Shown here piece after piece: positions 48,874 through 61,852 of a stretch of DNA of 64,000 nucleotides (its first letter is position 1; the number at the start of each line of letters is the position of its first letter). A program made the translations under genes and the position numbers. The stretch lies in IMG/VR virus record IMGVR_UViG_3300045988_123611; one strand, given 5' to 3'. This DNA is from a virus. Under the pieces are notes generated by a model. That model saw nothing but the letters and a program-made list of their open reading frames with translations. It was not told where the DNA came from and did not search any database.

Positions 48874-48905
48874 CTTGACAAAAAAAATTTTTTCGAGTAT
48901 AATAT
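48874..48905 (+). promoter_or_regulatory. Plus-strand sigma70-type promoter at the head of the late module
   Basis: CTTGACAAAAAAAATTTTTTCGAGTATAAT, about 20 nt before the RBS of 48928. Confidence 0.5.
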
Positions 48906-48927
48906 AAATATAGACTGGAGGTAAAAA

Positions 48928-49983
48928 ATGATAAAACTTGATTATTCTTTACAAACTCCAGAAGAAAGAAATCAATTAGTCGAACAAATTTTGGCTGATA
49001 ATCCAGATCCGCCTGAAAAGTATTTAGAAATTTTAGCAGACTATTTGGTTCTTTGTATGGAGAAACAAGAAAAAAAGGAGAAAAAATTATTAACTGATAA
49101 TCGTATGGCTACAGTTAATAAGCGTGAGACTTCTTTTGAAGGTCTTGTTTCCCAACTCGAAAATGGCGAAGATGGAATTTATAATTTAATTACAGATAAT
49201 AGAAATACAATATTTCAACCACATATTACAATTACAAAAAAAGATTTAGAAGAGATACCAAGTTTAAATTAGTTAAGAGAAGCCATTAATGTTTGGGAGG
49301 CTAAATTAAAAGTAACAGAAGGTAAAGATGCTTTTGTTATTAAAAAGGCTCTTATTGAAATGCGTAAAGATTAGTATGTTATGAAAAATGCTTATCGTCG
49401 TCCAATAGTGCCTACAAAATTAACCAGATCAAAGTCTTATATTCCATTAGATGATAAAACATTTATTTTTGATGATGATGGTTTTCCCATTCCTGATGGA
49501 ATTAGTTTATTAAGACCTGAAATATGTTCTGCGGTTTTATGTAATTATTCCCGATTAAAGCAAGATAGTTGGGGTGAATACGATAAAGACTTATGGTATT
49601 TAATGAAGGATTTTGATAAACTTTGTGATAAAGCTTTAGCTAATTACCCTCTTTATGATAGAATCGTTGAATATAAAATTGATGGTTTACAAAATATTGA
49701 CATTCAAGAGAAAATACAAATGGAATTTGGTATTAAACATAGTCTTGAATATATTTCAAGTTTATGGCGTAATAAAATTCCAAAATTAATTGCTTCGACT
49801 GCGGAAGATGAATATTTAGATAATTATTATTTAAATGTTGAAAAAGGTAAATATAAAAAATGTAGTCGTTGTGGTAAAATAAAATTAGCTCATAATAAAT
49901 ATTTTAGTAAAAATAAAACAAGTAAAGATGGCTTTTATAGTATTTGTAAAAGTTGTCGAAATTCTAAGGCCAAAAAATCTTAA
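48928..49983 (+). CDS. hypothetical protein with C-terminal zinc ribbon, two in-frame TAG (~351 aa)
   Basis: ORF-track segments 48928-49272 and 49381-49983 are in the same frame and joined by TAG codons. C-terminal CSRCGK...CKSC. Confidence 0.5.
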
Positions 49984-50032
49984 TATTGTCCTTTTGTTTA
50001 TAATAAATAGTTGAAAGGAGAATATTTTATTT

Positions 50033-51220
50033 ATGGCTGAAACATATTATTGCGAAAAATGTAATCGCACAATGAATGGCACGGAATTTTATTCATCTAA
50101 TAATTTAGAAAAATATCCTAATGATGGTAAATTTCCTGTGTGCAAAAAATGTATGACAATGCACGTCGATAATTGGAATCCAGATACTTATTTATGGATT
50201 TTACAAGAAGCGGATGTTCCTTATGTTCCAGATGAATGGAATAAATTAATGGAAAAATATGGGCGCGATCCGCAGTCTATGACCGGTATGACAATTCTTG
50301 GACGTTATTTGTCAAAAATGAAACTCAAATAGTTTAAAGATTATCGTTGGAAAGATACAGAATTTTTATAGTAGATGGCGAATAATAAATTAGAACAAAC
50401 TATGAAGCGTCAAGGATATGATGCTCAATAGATTGCAACCGCTATTGAAAAAAGTTCTATTGCTATTCCAGAAGGAGAACTAAAAGAGCCGGTTTATGCT
50501 CCACCACCTAACGCCCCTACGGAAGATTATTTCGCACAATAGAGTGGTGAAGTGGAACAAGAATTAGACTTAACTGATGAAGACCGCACTTATTTAAGAC
50601 TTAAATGGGGCAAAACTTATAAACCTGAAGAATGGGTTAAGCTTGAATAGTTGTATGAAGAAATGATGGCTTCTTATGATATTCAAGGCGCCGGACATAA
50701 GGATACGCTAAAACTAATATGTAAGACATCTTTAAAGGCAAATCAATTGATCGATATTGGTGATATTGAAGGTTTCCAAAAGATGAGCAAAGTATACGAT
50801 AGCTTAATGAAGTCTGGTAAATTTACTGCTGCTCAAAACAAAGCAGAATCAGGTGAATTTGTTGATTCAATTGGTGAATTAATTGAATTGTGTGAAAAAG
50901 AAGGATATATTGAAAGATATTATGTTGAATAGCCACATGATAAAGTGGATTTAACTATTCAAGATATGCAACGTTATACTCGCACTCTTATTGAAGATGA
51001 AACTAATATCAGCACAATGGTAGAAAAAGCTTTGCGCGAAAATGCTAAAGAAGATGAAGAGAAAGCAAAGAACGCGGAAAGCGATATCGTTGATGATGCT
51101 GATTTAAGTATTGAAGAACTTGAAAAAACTATCAAAGATAGTGATTACGCAGATTTTGAGGAATTTAAAGAATAGGAATCTGCGCAAGATAATGAGTTCT
51201 TATAGGGTTTAGATAAATAA
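50033..51220 (+). CDS. hypothetical protein with N-terminal zinc ribbon and acidic C-terminus, ~9 in-frame TAG (~395 aa)
   Basis: Segments 50033-, 50651- and 50945- are in the same frame. TAATG overlap with the terminase start. Confidence 0.45.
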
Positions 51221-52958
51221 TGGCATTACAAGATTTACTGTAGTTAAGTGATAGCCGTAGAAAAATAGGTCTATCACCGGAGCGAGTAGAAGCGGTAATG
51301 CCCACTATCCGTAAATACGTTGCCTTTTGGAGAGAATATCCTGATTTATTTGTAGATTTTATGGTGCGAGGAAGACGCACTGAAATAAAAGATGGAGAAT
51401 TTAATTTTTATTTTTATTAGAGAGTATTTCTCCGTTCTGTTATGCGTTATTAGTATGTTTATGCAGTTTTTCCTCGTGCTTATTCTAAATCATTTTTGTC
51501 TGTTATGGCGTTAATGATTAGATGTATTTTATATCCTGGTGCGCATTTGTTTGTTACTTCTGGAGGTAAAGAACAAGGTGCTAGTATTCTTCATGATAAA
51601 GTTCAAGAAATATGTGAACTTATTCCAAGCTTTAATCGAGAAATTGATTGGAGTCGAGGAAAAACTCTTGAAGGAAAAGATAAAGTTAGATACGTATTTA
51701 AAAATGGTTCAGTTTTGGATAACCTCGCAGCTCGTGAAAGCACTCGTGGTCAACGTCGTCATGGTGGATTAATGGAAGAATGTGTTGGTATTGATGATGC
51801 CATTCTTCGTGAAGTTATTATTCCTGTTATGGCAATTTCCCGTAGAGCTAAAGATGGCACTACCAATGAACAAGAGCCATTAAATAAATCACAAATTTAT
51901 ATTACTACTGCTGGTTATAAGGGCACATTTCCTTATGATAGACTTATTGGTTTCTTAGTTCGTATGGTGACTTAGCCTGATCGTTGTATGGTATTAGGCG
52001 GAACATGGCGAACTCCTGTTGCAGTAGGATTACAAAGTAAAACATTTATTACTGACCAAAAGAATGAAGGAACTTATAATGAAGCTTCATTCGAACGTGA
52101 ATATGAATCTAAGTGGTCAGGAACTGTTGAAGATGCTTTCTTTAATGGAGAGCATTTTGATAGAAATAGAAAATTATTATAGCCTGAGTATGAAGCTTCT
52201 GGACGTGCGGGCGCGCAAGCTTATTATGTGCTTTCTGTAGATGTAGGTCGTAAAGGATGCGATTCAGTAGTTTGTGTATTTAAAGTAACACCACAAGCCC
52301 AAGGTCCAGCTATTAAGTCTTTAGTAAATATGTATACTATGTCAGATGATCATTTTGAAGATCAGGCTATTAAATTAAAGAAATTATTTTATAAATATAA
52401 AGCTAAAACTTTGGTTATAGATGGTAATGGTTTAGGTATTGGACTTTTGGATTATATGGTAAAATCTCAAAATGATGAAGATGGTGAATTTTTACCTGAT
52501 TTTGGTGTTGAGAATGATGATGATGGGTATTATAAAAAATATCGCACACCAAATACTCAATTTGATGCTATGTATGTTATTAAAGCAAATGCTCCAATAA
52601 ATACTGAATGTCATGCTAATGCTCAGACTCAATTACAGGCGGGTAAGGTAAAATTCTTAATAGATGAGAGAACAGCTAAAGAAAAACTATTAGCCACTCA
52701 AAAAGGTTCAAAAATGACTTCTGAACAAAGGGCAGATTATTTAAAACCATTTACTTTAACCTCCATATTAAAAGAAGAAATGATGAATTTACGCGAAGAA
52801 AACGAAGGTATTAATATTATCTTAAAATAGGCAAATCGCGGAATTCGTAAAGATAAATTTTCGGCTTTTGAATATGGATTATATTATTTAAAACTTGAAG
52901 AAGATAAAAAGAAAAAACGTAAAAAGTTTAATGCGGCTGATTGGTGCTTTTTAAATTA
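51220..52958 (+). CDS. terL: terminase large subunit, six in-frame TAG (~579 aa)
   Basis: N-terminal ATPase region with deviant Walker A FPRAYSKSF. C-terminal RNaseH-like nuclease region LSVDVGRKGCDSVVCV...FGVENDDDGYY. Size and position fit. Confidence 0.65.
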
Positions 52959-52971
52959 AGGAGGGTGGAAA

Positions 52972-53328
52972 ATGCGTGCTTCAAGAGGAGAAATTAAAAT
53001 TGAAGAAATCTTAGAAGAAGCAGGACTACCTTTTAAAATGGAATACATCTTTCCAGATTTAAAAAGCCCAAGCGGGCGTCCACTTCGTTTTGATTTTGTT
53101 ATATTTGATGATGATGGAAAAATTGATTTCATTATTGAGTATTAGGGAAAATAGCATTATGAAGCCAGTTCTAAATTTGGTGGAAAGCGCGGTTTATACC
53201 AGTAGCAATATAATGATAATCAAAAAAGACGTTTTTGCGCTTTACATGATTTTAGATTAATAGAGATTCCATATACCGACGAAAACCTTATTTCTTATGA
53301 TTATATAATGAAATTAGCAGGTTATTAA
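52972..53328 (+). CDS. DUF559/Vsr-like PD-(D/E)xK endonuclease-fold protein, three in-frame TAG (~118 aa)
   Basis: RPLRFDFVIFDDDGKIDFIIEY(tag)GK(tag)HY matches the DUF559 signature (R.DF...iIE.DG..H). Strong AAGGAGGGTGGAAA-ATG. Free-standing between terL and portal. Confidence 0.55.
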
Positions 53329-53341
53329 AGGAGGTGGAACT

Positions 53342-54991
53342 TTGGATACGCAAGATCGTAATGATTAGATTCACGCTAAAGGTTTTGATATTTATAATAG
53401 TCGTTATGAATATAATTATAATGACACTATGGATTATGCCAATAGAAAAATAAAAGTTGGCACAAAAACCTTAGATGATGCTATTTTAAAACTTGGTGAT
53501 TATAGTAAGATTAGATATCCAGGTCAAAATCGTATTATTACGAAACCTGATGTGCTTCGCGCACTAGCAGAAAGAGATTTAAATGCTTTGCGATATATTT
53601 CTAATCTTTATTATGATATAAGTGGTGTATATCAACGAGTTTGTAATTATGTTGCTTTTTTATACCGCTATGATTGGTATATTGCAGCCGAAACTTATGA
53701 TGATAATGTAAAAGAAGAAAAAGTTTTAAAAGATTTTTATAGAATGTTGAATTATTTTGATAATAGTTATATTAAAAAGATTTGCGGAGATATTGCTTTA
53801 CAAGTCGTTAAAAATGGATGCTATTATGGATATATAGTTCCTTCAGAGAAAAATCTAATTTTACAAGAATTGCCAGTTAGATATTGTAGAACACGTTATA
53901 GTGTAAATAATACCCCAGTTGTCGAATTTGATATGCGATTTTTTGATACTTTTAGAGATATGAATTACCGCTTAAAAGTATTAAAATTATTCCCAGAAGA
54001 ATTCGCTAAAGGTTATGTTTTATATAAGCAAGGAAAACTTGCTTTAGAAGAAGCGGTTGGATGCTAGCATACTGGTAGTTGGTATGTTCTTGAGCCAGAA
54101 AATTGTATTAAATTTAATATTAATAATAGTGATGTTCCTATTTTTGTAAATTCCATTCCTACTATTATGGATTTAGATGCAGCGCAAGATCTTGACCGCA
54201 AGAAACAAATGTAGAAGTTGCTTAAAATTTTAGTCCAAAAGCTCCCAATGGATAAAAATGGTGATTTGATATTTGATGTTGATGAAGCCAGAGATATCCA
54301 TAATAATGCCGTTTAGATGTTATAGAGGGCTATTGGAGTAGATGTTTTAACTACATTTACTGATGTAGATTCTATTGATATGTCTGATAAGAATACTACT
54401 ACAACGACAGATGATTTAGCTAAAGTTGAACGTAGCGTTTATAATTCGTTAGGTATTTCATAGAATTTATTTAATACTGATGGTAATATGGCTTTAGAAA
54501 AATCAGTGTTAAATGATGAATCTACAATAAGAAGTTTAATTTTATAGTTTAATATATTCTTTAATAGAATTATTGAAAAAAAGAGTAGTAATAAGAAATA
54601 TAATTTTAGATTTTATTTATTAGAAACTACTCAGAATAATTATCAAACACTTTCTAAAATGTATAAAGAACAAGCGCAAATGGGACAATCAAAACTATTG
54701 TCTTAGATTGCTCTTGGACATTCATAGAGTTTTATTCTTAATGCAGCTCATTTTGAAAATGAGATTTTACATTTAAGTGAAATTATGATTCCTCCTCTTA
54801 TGAGTTCTACTATGGGTAGTGAAGATATTTTGGGTTTAAAAGGTTCATCATCTAATAATAAAACTCAAAATAATTCAGGAAGTTCAGGCTCTGGAACTGC
54901 TAAAGCTTCTAATGGCGAGGCAGGACGTCCGGAAAAACCTGATGATTAGAAAAGTGAAAAAACTATTCAAAATAAAGAAGCAATGAAATAA
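53342..54991 (+). CDS. portal protein (putative), ~10 in-frame TAG (~549 aa, TTG start)
   Basis: GGAGGTGG RBS. Size and position immediately after terL and before scaffold. Confidence 0.5.
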
Positions 54992-55000
54992 GGAGGATTT

Positions 55001-56578
55001 ATGAAACATACAAGTATTAAATTAAATACACCTTGTGAGTTTATAAATATAACTCCTGTAAATCCTTTAATTTCTAAATGCCAAATTAAGGTTTGTTATG
55101 TAGATGATAAACCTAATCGTAACAAAAGCGTAATTACTAAAGATGTAGCGACTGAGATGGCTAATAGTCTTCCTGGCAGTCCTATTGTTGGCTTTTTTAA
55201 TGAGAATGCTGAAGATTTTGAAGAACATAATAGGATAATTGAATTATCTAATGGCGAATTTAGAATGAGAGATAATACTCGCCCTTATGGTTTTGTTGAT
55301 CTTGGAGCTAAAGTTTGGTTTTAGAAATTTTTGGATGATGGTGTTGCCGAACGCGAGTATTTAATGACTGAAGGTTATTTATGGACTGGTTAGTATCCTG
55401 AATGTAAACGTGTAATTGATAAAGGGAATAATCATTCTATGGAGCTTGATGAAAAAACATTAAATGCTACGTGGGCAAAAGATAGCAATGGAAAACCTTA
55501 GTTTTTTATTATAAATAAGGCAATTATTTCTAAACTTTGTATTTTGGGAGAAGAAAATGAACCTTGTTTTGAAGGCTCCCAAATCAATGTGAATTTTTCA
55601 TTCGATGATGGTTTTAAGAACACTTTGTTCTCCATGATGAATGAACTTAAAGAATTTATGAAAGAAGGAGGAGCCAAAGTGTTTACACAATACGCTGTTA
55701 ATATTGGCGACAATTTGTGGAATTCTCTTTATTCTTATATTGAGAATAAGTATCCTGTCGAACCAAAGAATTATTGTTCTGTTTATCGCATTGAAGGTGT
55801 TTGCGAAGATGGTGAACAAAAGTTTGCTGTTTTGAAGAATAAACAGGATGAAAAATACTATCGTATGGATTTTTCTCTTGAAGCAGAGAATTTCGTTCCT
55901 TCTGATACTTTGATTGAAGTAACTGATTATGCTCCTGCGGCAGAGCCTCAGTTTGCTCTTAATGCTGTAGAAGAATTTGAAAATGAGTATGCTTCAAAAA
56001 AGAAAGCAGAAGAGGACAAAAATAATAAATCAAATAATCCTGACGGTGAAAATAAATCAGAGGGTAATGATAATAAAAAGAACCCTGATAATGGGGATCC
56101 CTCTAATAAGTCTGATAAAGGCGACAACGGTGAGAATGATGATGATAAAAAGAAAAAGAAAAATTATTCTCTTGAGGATGTCGTTGAATATACTGAACTT
56201 AAAGCTCAGTATGATGAATTACAGACTAAATTCGCGGCTCTTGAAACTGAAAATAATAGCTTGAAAGAGCAAATTGCTCCACTTGCTGAATTTAAAAATG
56301 CCGCTGAAAAGAAAGATAAAGAAGATATGATTGCTAAATTCTATATGCTTTCTGATGAAGATAAGGCTGATGTTGTTGAAAATATTGATAAATATTCTCT
56401 TGATGATATTGAAGCTAAATTATCTGTTATTTGTGTTCGCAACAAGGTGAGTTTCGACCTTGACGAAAATAATAAGCCCAATGGTGCTACTACTTTTAAT
56501 TTGAACAATAATGGTTCAGAAGATGATGATATGCCCGCTTGGGTGAAGGCGGCTTTTGCTACCGCCAACAAAAATTAA
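55001..56578 (+). CDS. scaffolding protein (putative), three in-frame TAG
   Basis: KD-rich low-complexity linker. Coiled-coil ELKAQYDELQTKFAALETENNSLKEQIAPLAEF. Located between portal and capsid genes. Confidence 0.5.
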
Positions 56579-56595
56579 TAAGGAGGACATACTAA

Positions 56596-57513
56596 ATGTT
56601 TAAAGACTTTTTGAATAAGAATCTTCCTATTAAGTCTCAGGCAAAGTATGTTGAGTTTGGTTACGGTCAGGTCGAGCCTAATCACCTTTCCGCGCAAAGA
56701 AATGCTCAAATCTATGCTCAACTTCCCGCCAATAAAGACATTGAGATTCTTGAAAACGGTCAGTTTGTAAAGTATGACTATGCTGCTAATGGTAATGGTA
56801 TCGGCGAAGTCAACTTCACTGGCGAAGGTGAATGGATGCTCGTTTATAACGAGATTAAGCTTTATCGTGATCATTATGATGGCAGTAAGCAGTGGGACTG
56901 CGAATTTGCTATGATTAAAGATGACTATCAGGCTCGTGTTTATAGTCCTTATGATTGGGAGCATACCGAGGTTGAATATGGTGGTCGTTTCTGGAATGGT
57001 GTTGATGAAAAGGGTCAAACCTATAAATTAATCAATCAAACCGTTTCCGCAGATCAGGGCTTAAAGACTGTTACTATTGCTGGTCGTGTTTATGATGTTG
57101 ATGAAACCGGTAAGTTTACTTATGATGGTAATGAATATACTCTTGATAGTAATCATCAGGTTGCTAATGTTCCTGTAAAGTATTATTATGATAAACTTCT
57201 TACTGATGTTCCTGATATGTATGAAATGAATTGGACCAATGATCCATATCATAAGTTGGGCATCTATCATGAGAAGTTCATGGAATCTGGCACTTCTATG
57301 GTTCCTCGTGTATTTAAGACCATGATTGGTGATCTTTATACTACTAATATGATTAATGAAGAGACTCTTGCTGTTGGAGATAAGCTTTCTCCTTCTGCGG
57401 CTACAAAGGGTATTCTTAGCAAAACTGGCGACGATTCAATGACCTGGCAGGTTGTTAAAGTTTATACTATGCCTGATGGTCAAAAGGGCGTCAAAGTAAT
57501 GCGTATTAAGTAA
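56596..57513 (+). CDS. abundant virion protein (305 aa, no TAG). Capsid-associated, possibly the major capsid protein.
   Basis: AAGGAGG RBS. High-expression codon usage. No TAG. Confidence 0.45.
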   Translation: MFKDFLNKNLPIKSQAKYVEFGYGQVEPNHLSAQRNAQIYAQLPANKDIEILENGQFVKYDYAANGNGIGEVNFTGEGEWMLVYNEIKLYRDHYDGSKQWDCEFAMIKDDYQARVYSPYDWEHTEVEYGGRFWNGVDEKGQTYKLINQTVSADQGLKTVTIAGRVYDVDETGKFTYDGNEYTLDSNHQVANVPVKYYYDKLLTDVPDMYEMNWTNDPYHKLGIYHEKFMESGTSMVPRVFKTMIGDLYTTNMINEETLAVGDKLSPSAATKGILSKTGDDSMTWQVVKVYTMPDGQKGVKVMRIK

Positions 57514-57530
57514 GAAAGGAGAAAAGGATA

Positions 57531-58637
57531 ATGTTAGATAAAAATAATTTAATTGCTCTTATGAAGCAAGTTGCTAAGGCTGATCCTTCTGCTCCTGTTG
57601 CTTATAGTTATGAGGGAAAAAATCTTAGTTATGAAGCCTTAAATGAAACTCTTCGTAATGAAATGAATGAGTTGGCTGGTACTTACGCTCTTTATCGTGA
57701 AAATAAGAATCTTATTTTCTCTATGATTGAGCAGACTCTTGATGAGGTTCTTCCTAAGAAAGTTATTCAGCAATATGATCAGTTTGCTGAGGTTAAGACT
57801 TTCGCTCAGGGTGATAAGCCTATTTTCCGCCGTCCTCTTAATAATCGTGCTCGTGCTAAGCAGTTTGTAACTCGCGTTGGTCTTGCTGGTATTTATGAAG
57901 TCTTCAAGCTCGGACCTAAAGAGAATGAAGCCTTCGAGGTACGCACTAGCGCTATCGGCGGAGCTGCTCAGATTGGCTTCGAAGAATTCCTTGATGGTCG
58001 TGTTGATTTTGGTGAAGTAACCAAGATCATCATGGATGGTATGGATGAACTTATTTATAAAGAAGTCGCTGCTGCTCTTAGATCTTCTATCAATCAGCTT
58101 CCTCCTGCTAACCGCGTTGCGGCTGCCGGATTTGATGAAGCTGCTATGGATCGTTTGATCACTATTGCTTCTGCTTATGGTACTCCTACTATTTATTGTA
58201 CTTATGAGTTCGCTGTTAAGATGATTCCTCATGAGGCTTGGAGATATACTGAAGCTATGAAGAACGAGCTTTGGAATAATGGTCGTCTTGCCACTTACAA
58301 GGGTACTAAGGTTATTATTCTTGAGCAGGGCTTTGAAGATGAAACCAATACTCGTAAGGTTATTGATCCTGGTTATGCTTGGGTTATTCCTACGGGCGCT
58401 GATGGTAAGCCTGTAAAGATTGCTTTCGAAGGTGGCACTATTGTTGATGAATTCAACAATTATGATCGTTCTCGTGAGATTCAGGTTTACAAGAAGGTTG
58501 GCGTAGTTTGTATGCTTGCCAATAACATCTGTGCTTATGTTGATACTTCACTTCTCGGTCAGATGTATACTTGGAATTATGATGGAGTTACTGGTAAGGT
58601 TATCACTTATGATGGTCGCCTTGGCGGTACTGTCTAA
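57531..58637 (+). CDS. major capsid protein candidate (368 aa, no TAG)
   Basis: AAGGAGAAAAGGATA-ATG. Size typical of HK97-fold MCP. Strongly biased codons and no TAG. Confidence 0.45.
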   Translation: MLDKNNLIALMKQVAKADPSAPVAYSYEGKNLSYEALNETLRNEMNELAGTYALYRENKNLIFSMIEQTLDEVLPKKVIQQYDQFAEVKTFAQGDKPIFRRPLNNRARAKQFVTRVGLAGIYEVFKLGPKENEAFEVRTSAIGGAAQIGFEEFLDGRVDFGEVTKIIMDGMDELIYKEVAAALRSSINQLPPANRVAAAGFDEAAMDRLITIASAYGTPTIYCTYEFAVKMIPHEAWRYTEAMKNELWNNGRLATYKGTKVIILEQGFEDETNTRKVIDPGYAWVIPTGADGKPVKIAFEGGTIVDEFNNYDRSREIQVYKKVGVVCMLANNICAYVDTSLLGQMYTWNYDGVTGKVITYDGRLGGTV

Positions 58638-58723
58638 TTTAATATAAATTATTCCATGGGGAGAAGGGATTAAACTCCCTCTCCCCATATTTTTGTTTTA
58701 TGAGTAAAAGGAGAAATTGAATA

Positions 58724-59317
58724 ATGATTAATAATGAAGATATTTATAATGTAAAAAATAGAAGCACTAGTGTAGTTGTTTATACTATTCCTGATACTAA
58801 TTTGCGTCGTGAATTTGCGCCCGGTGAAACTAAGCGCATTCCATTTGGTGAGCTAGAGAAGTTAACTTATCAGGCGGGCGGCCGCGAATTAATTGCTAAT
58901 TTTTTACAAATTTTAGAGCCAGAAGTAACTCATACTCTTAATGTTCATACTGAACCTGAATATAATATGTCAGAGCAACAAGTTGCTGATTTAATTCTTA
59001 ATGGCTCATTAGATGCTTTTTTAGATGCTCTTGATTTTGCTCCTATTGGAATTATTGACTTAATCAAGAATTTATCTGTTAGCCTTCCTATTACTGATAT
59101 TAATAAGCGTAGAGCTTTGAAGGAAAAAACTGGGTTTGATGTTGATAAAGCTATTGCTAATGATATCGCTAGTAAAGAAGAAGATACTATTGTAGAGAAA
59201 GAACCCGCTGCTAAGCGTCGTGTAGTAAGAGAAGAACCTACTACTCAAGGTCGTCGCACAAGCGGTTCTGGATATAAAGTAATTAATAAAACCGAGGAAA
59301 CTTCCTCCAAGAAATAA
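58724..59317 (+). CDS. virion-associated hypothetical protein (197 aa)
   Basis: AAAGGAGAAATTGAATA-ATG. Basic C-terminal tail. Confidence 0.45.
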   Translation: MINNEDIYNVKNRSTSVVVYTIPDTNLRREFAPGETKRIPFGELEKLTYQAGGRELIANFLQILEPEVTHTLNVHTEPEYNMSEQQVADLILNGSLDAFLDALDFAPIGIIDLIKNLSVSLPITDINKRRALKEKTGFDVDKAIANDIASKEEDTIVEKEPAAKRRVVREEPTTQGRRTSGSGYKVINKTEETSSKK

Positions 59318-59336
59318 TTTATAGGAGGGCGATTAA

Positions 59337-59909
59337 GTGGGAACATTATTCTCAACTGTTTATAATCGCTTTCTTAACAAGGTTACTGATGATATGTATC
59401 TGGAATTAACTCCCGAAGATACTTTAAGAGATTTATAGAATCTTATAATAGATGCTATTCCTGGATTTGAATTTCCACGAAAAAATCTTTTAGATTATAA
59501 TTTAGATGTTGCTACTATTAATGAATCTGATGCTGCGCCTGATGATTTCATTGTAGGAACAGTATGGGGAGAGCTTCCAGAACCGGGTGAAGAACCTCAA
59601 GTTTTAGTTGATAGATCCAGTTTTAATTGTGATCTAACTGAAGAAGAAATTAATATTCTAGCTATTTTAATGATGTGTGGTTGGACGCAAAGACAAGTCA
59701 CTTCAATTGAGAACACTCGAATGAAATATAGTGGCTCTGATTTTAAATTTACTTCTTAGGCAAATCATTTATCTAAATTATTAAATTTACTAGGTGAATG
59801 CCAAAGATAGTCTCACCATATGTAGCGTTTATATAAACGTAGACGCTTAAATGACAAAGGTGAGTATGAATCTAATTGGGATGTATTTAAAAGTCGGTAT
59901 GATTACTAA
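59337..59909 (+). CDS. hypothetical structural protein, four in-frame TAG (GTG start)
   Basis: TAGGAGGGCGATTAA-GTG. Confidence 0.4.
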
Positions 59910-60207
59910 ATATAATTTTGATATTCCAGTAGAAAGTATAAAGGTCAATTGTTTGCGCTTAACCAATCAATTATGGAAATTAATTCCAATGCGCGAAAAT
60001 AATGAAGATTGGCATAAATAGCTAGAAACTGTTATAAATGAAATTGTGGGGTTTAGTGTGATTTTTAGCGCTGAACCCCTTTATTTATAGTTATTAAACA
60101 AACTTGAGGGATTGTAGAATCAAGATACTGATTTTAATTTTTATCGTAAGACTGTATTTGAAACGATTAGTCTTTTATAGGAGATAAATTATGGCATCAG
60201 GGTTTGA
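59899..60207 (+). CDS. hypothetical protein, four in-frame TAG (~103 aa)
   Basis: Overlapping ATG. Continuous frame through TAGs. Confidence 0.35.
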
Positions 60208-61255
60208 TTATAGTAGTAAGCAACCTTTTAGATTACAACAAGGTCGCTTAGGAATTTATGATAAGTCACCCTTTGAAGGTAGCCCTGTTGAAGGCGTTAA
60301 TTATACAGCGGTTCGGCTCGGTCAGATGGGCGGAAACCGCCAACAAGAACGTATGATTTTATCTAAGCGCAGAAGTTTAGATAGAGCAGTATGGAATTCA
60401 TACCAAGCCGCGGAAATTATTAAATAGGACGCGGAATATAAAAAGCCTATTAGATGTTTGATTAATCCTAATAAATTAAAATAGGATTATGATGATAAGA
60501 TTTTGTCTGTTGGAAATGAATATTAGTTTAAGCCAGGAGATATTTTTGAATGGTGTGGAACTAATACTTATTGGATTTGTTATCTTTAGGATTTGACTGA
60601 ATTAGCTTATTTTAGAGGGGATATTAGAAAATGCTCTTATAAAATAAATTGGGTAGATAATGGAGAGAAAAAATCTACTTATGCAGCAATTCGCGGTCCA
60701 GTAGAAACGAAAATTGATTATATTTAGAAACATGAAATTAGCGTGGATCGACCTAATTATTCATTAAATATTTTAATGCCTAAAAATAAAGATACTTTAA
60801 GTTATTTTAGACGTTATACTAAATTTTATTTAGATAGTTAGGATGAAGGAGATAATTTAATTTGTTGGCGCGTTGAAGCTGTAGATTCCATAGGCATGCC
60901 TGGCATTTTGGAAGTCAATGCAACTGAATATTATATTAATGAGTAGGAAGATAATTTAGACGATAAGACTGTTGGTTCTTTAATTACAGAACCAATTGAT
61001 CCAAATCCTACGACAACTGATATTATAGGGGAAACATTTATTTTTCCAAAGAAAACTTATACTTATTATTTTGATGGTAAAGCTGTTTTAGAATGGGAAA
61101 TAAAGAATAATAAAAAGTTGCCGGTTTCTTTAAAAATTATTAAAGAAGCAAAAAAGCCAACAGTTGAAATAAGTTGGACTTCTGGATATAGTGGATAGTT
61201 CGATTTATGTTATGGAGACTATAAGAAAACGATTGTAGTTCAATCATTATTTTAA
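60191..61255 (+). CDS. hypothetical structural protein, ~8 in-frame TAG (~354 aa)
   Basis: GGAGATAAATT-ATG. Continuous frame to TAA. Confidence 0.4.
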
Positions 61256-61270
61256 GGAGTAAAAGGTGTT

Positions 61271-61852
61271 ATGAAAATTAATGGTGTAAATTTACCTAAA
61301 TCAAGTTTTCTTTCTGTTGAAAAAGATTTAGAAATTATTGTAAAACATCTCTGTAAAAATGAGAGATTAAAGCGCTTATTGTATTATACAACAAAAGATG
61401 CTATTGATAAGCCAGATTTAAATGATGAACAAATGATTCAATTATTTAATAAAAATATTAAGTTAATTCCTAAGCTTTATGTTGATGGAAGTGTATTAAA
61501 TTATTTAATTATTAATTTTGATAATTTTACACAAAGCGGAAATCCTGAGTTTAGAGATAATATTGTTGAATTCGATATTATTTGTCATTTTGATCAATGG
61601 CATTTAAAAGATTATCAATTGCGCCCTTATCGTATCGCCGCAGAAATTGATAGCATGATAGATAAAACACATTTAACTGGTATTGGTAAGTTAGAATTTC
61701 TTGGTGCGAATCAAATTATTTTAACTGATGAATATGCTGGTTTGTGTCTTATGTATCAGGCAGTTCATGGCGAGGAAGATAAAAAATTTATGCCGAATCC
61801 TAATGACGAGGAAAGATTTATAGAAGATTTTAAAAAAAGAACTGAAGAATAA
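61271..61852 (+). CDS. hypothetical protein (193 aa, no TAG)
   Basis: AAGGAGTAAAAGGTGTT-ATG. Confidence 0.5.
   Translation: MKINGVNLPKSSFLSVEKDLEIIVKHLCKNERLKRLLYYTTKDAIDKPDLNDEQMIQLFNKNIKLIPKLYVDGSVLNYLIINFDNFTQSGNPEFRDNIVEFDIICHFDQWHLKDYQLRPYRIAAEIDSMIDKTHLTGIGKLEFLGANQIILTDEYAGLCLMYQAVHGEEDKKFMPNPNDEERFIEDFKKRTEE

Noticed and set aside
51220-51400. Apparent frameshift splitting the terminase N-terminus
   Set aside because: It arose from my own mis-indexing of one sequence line. On re-reading, the ATG at 51220 is in the same frame as the 51496 and 52228 ORF-track segments. They are separated only by TAG codons.
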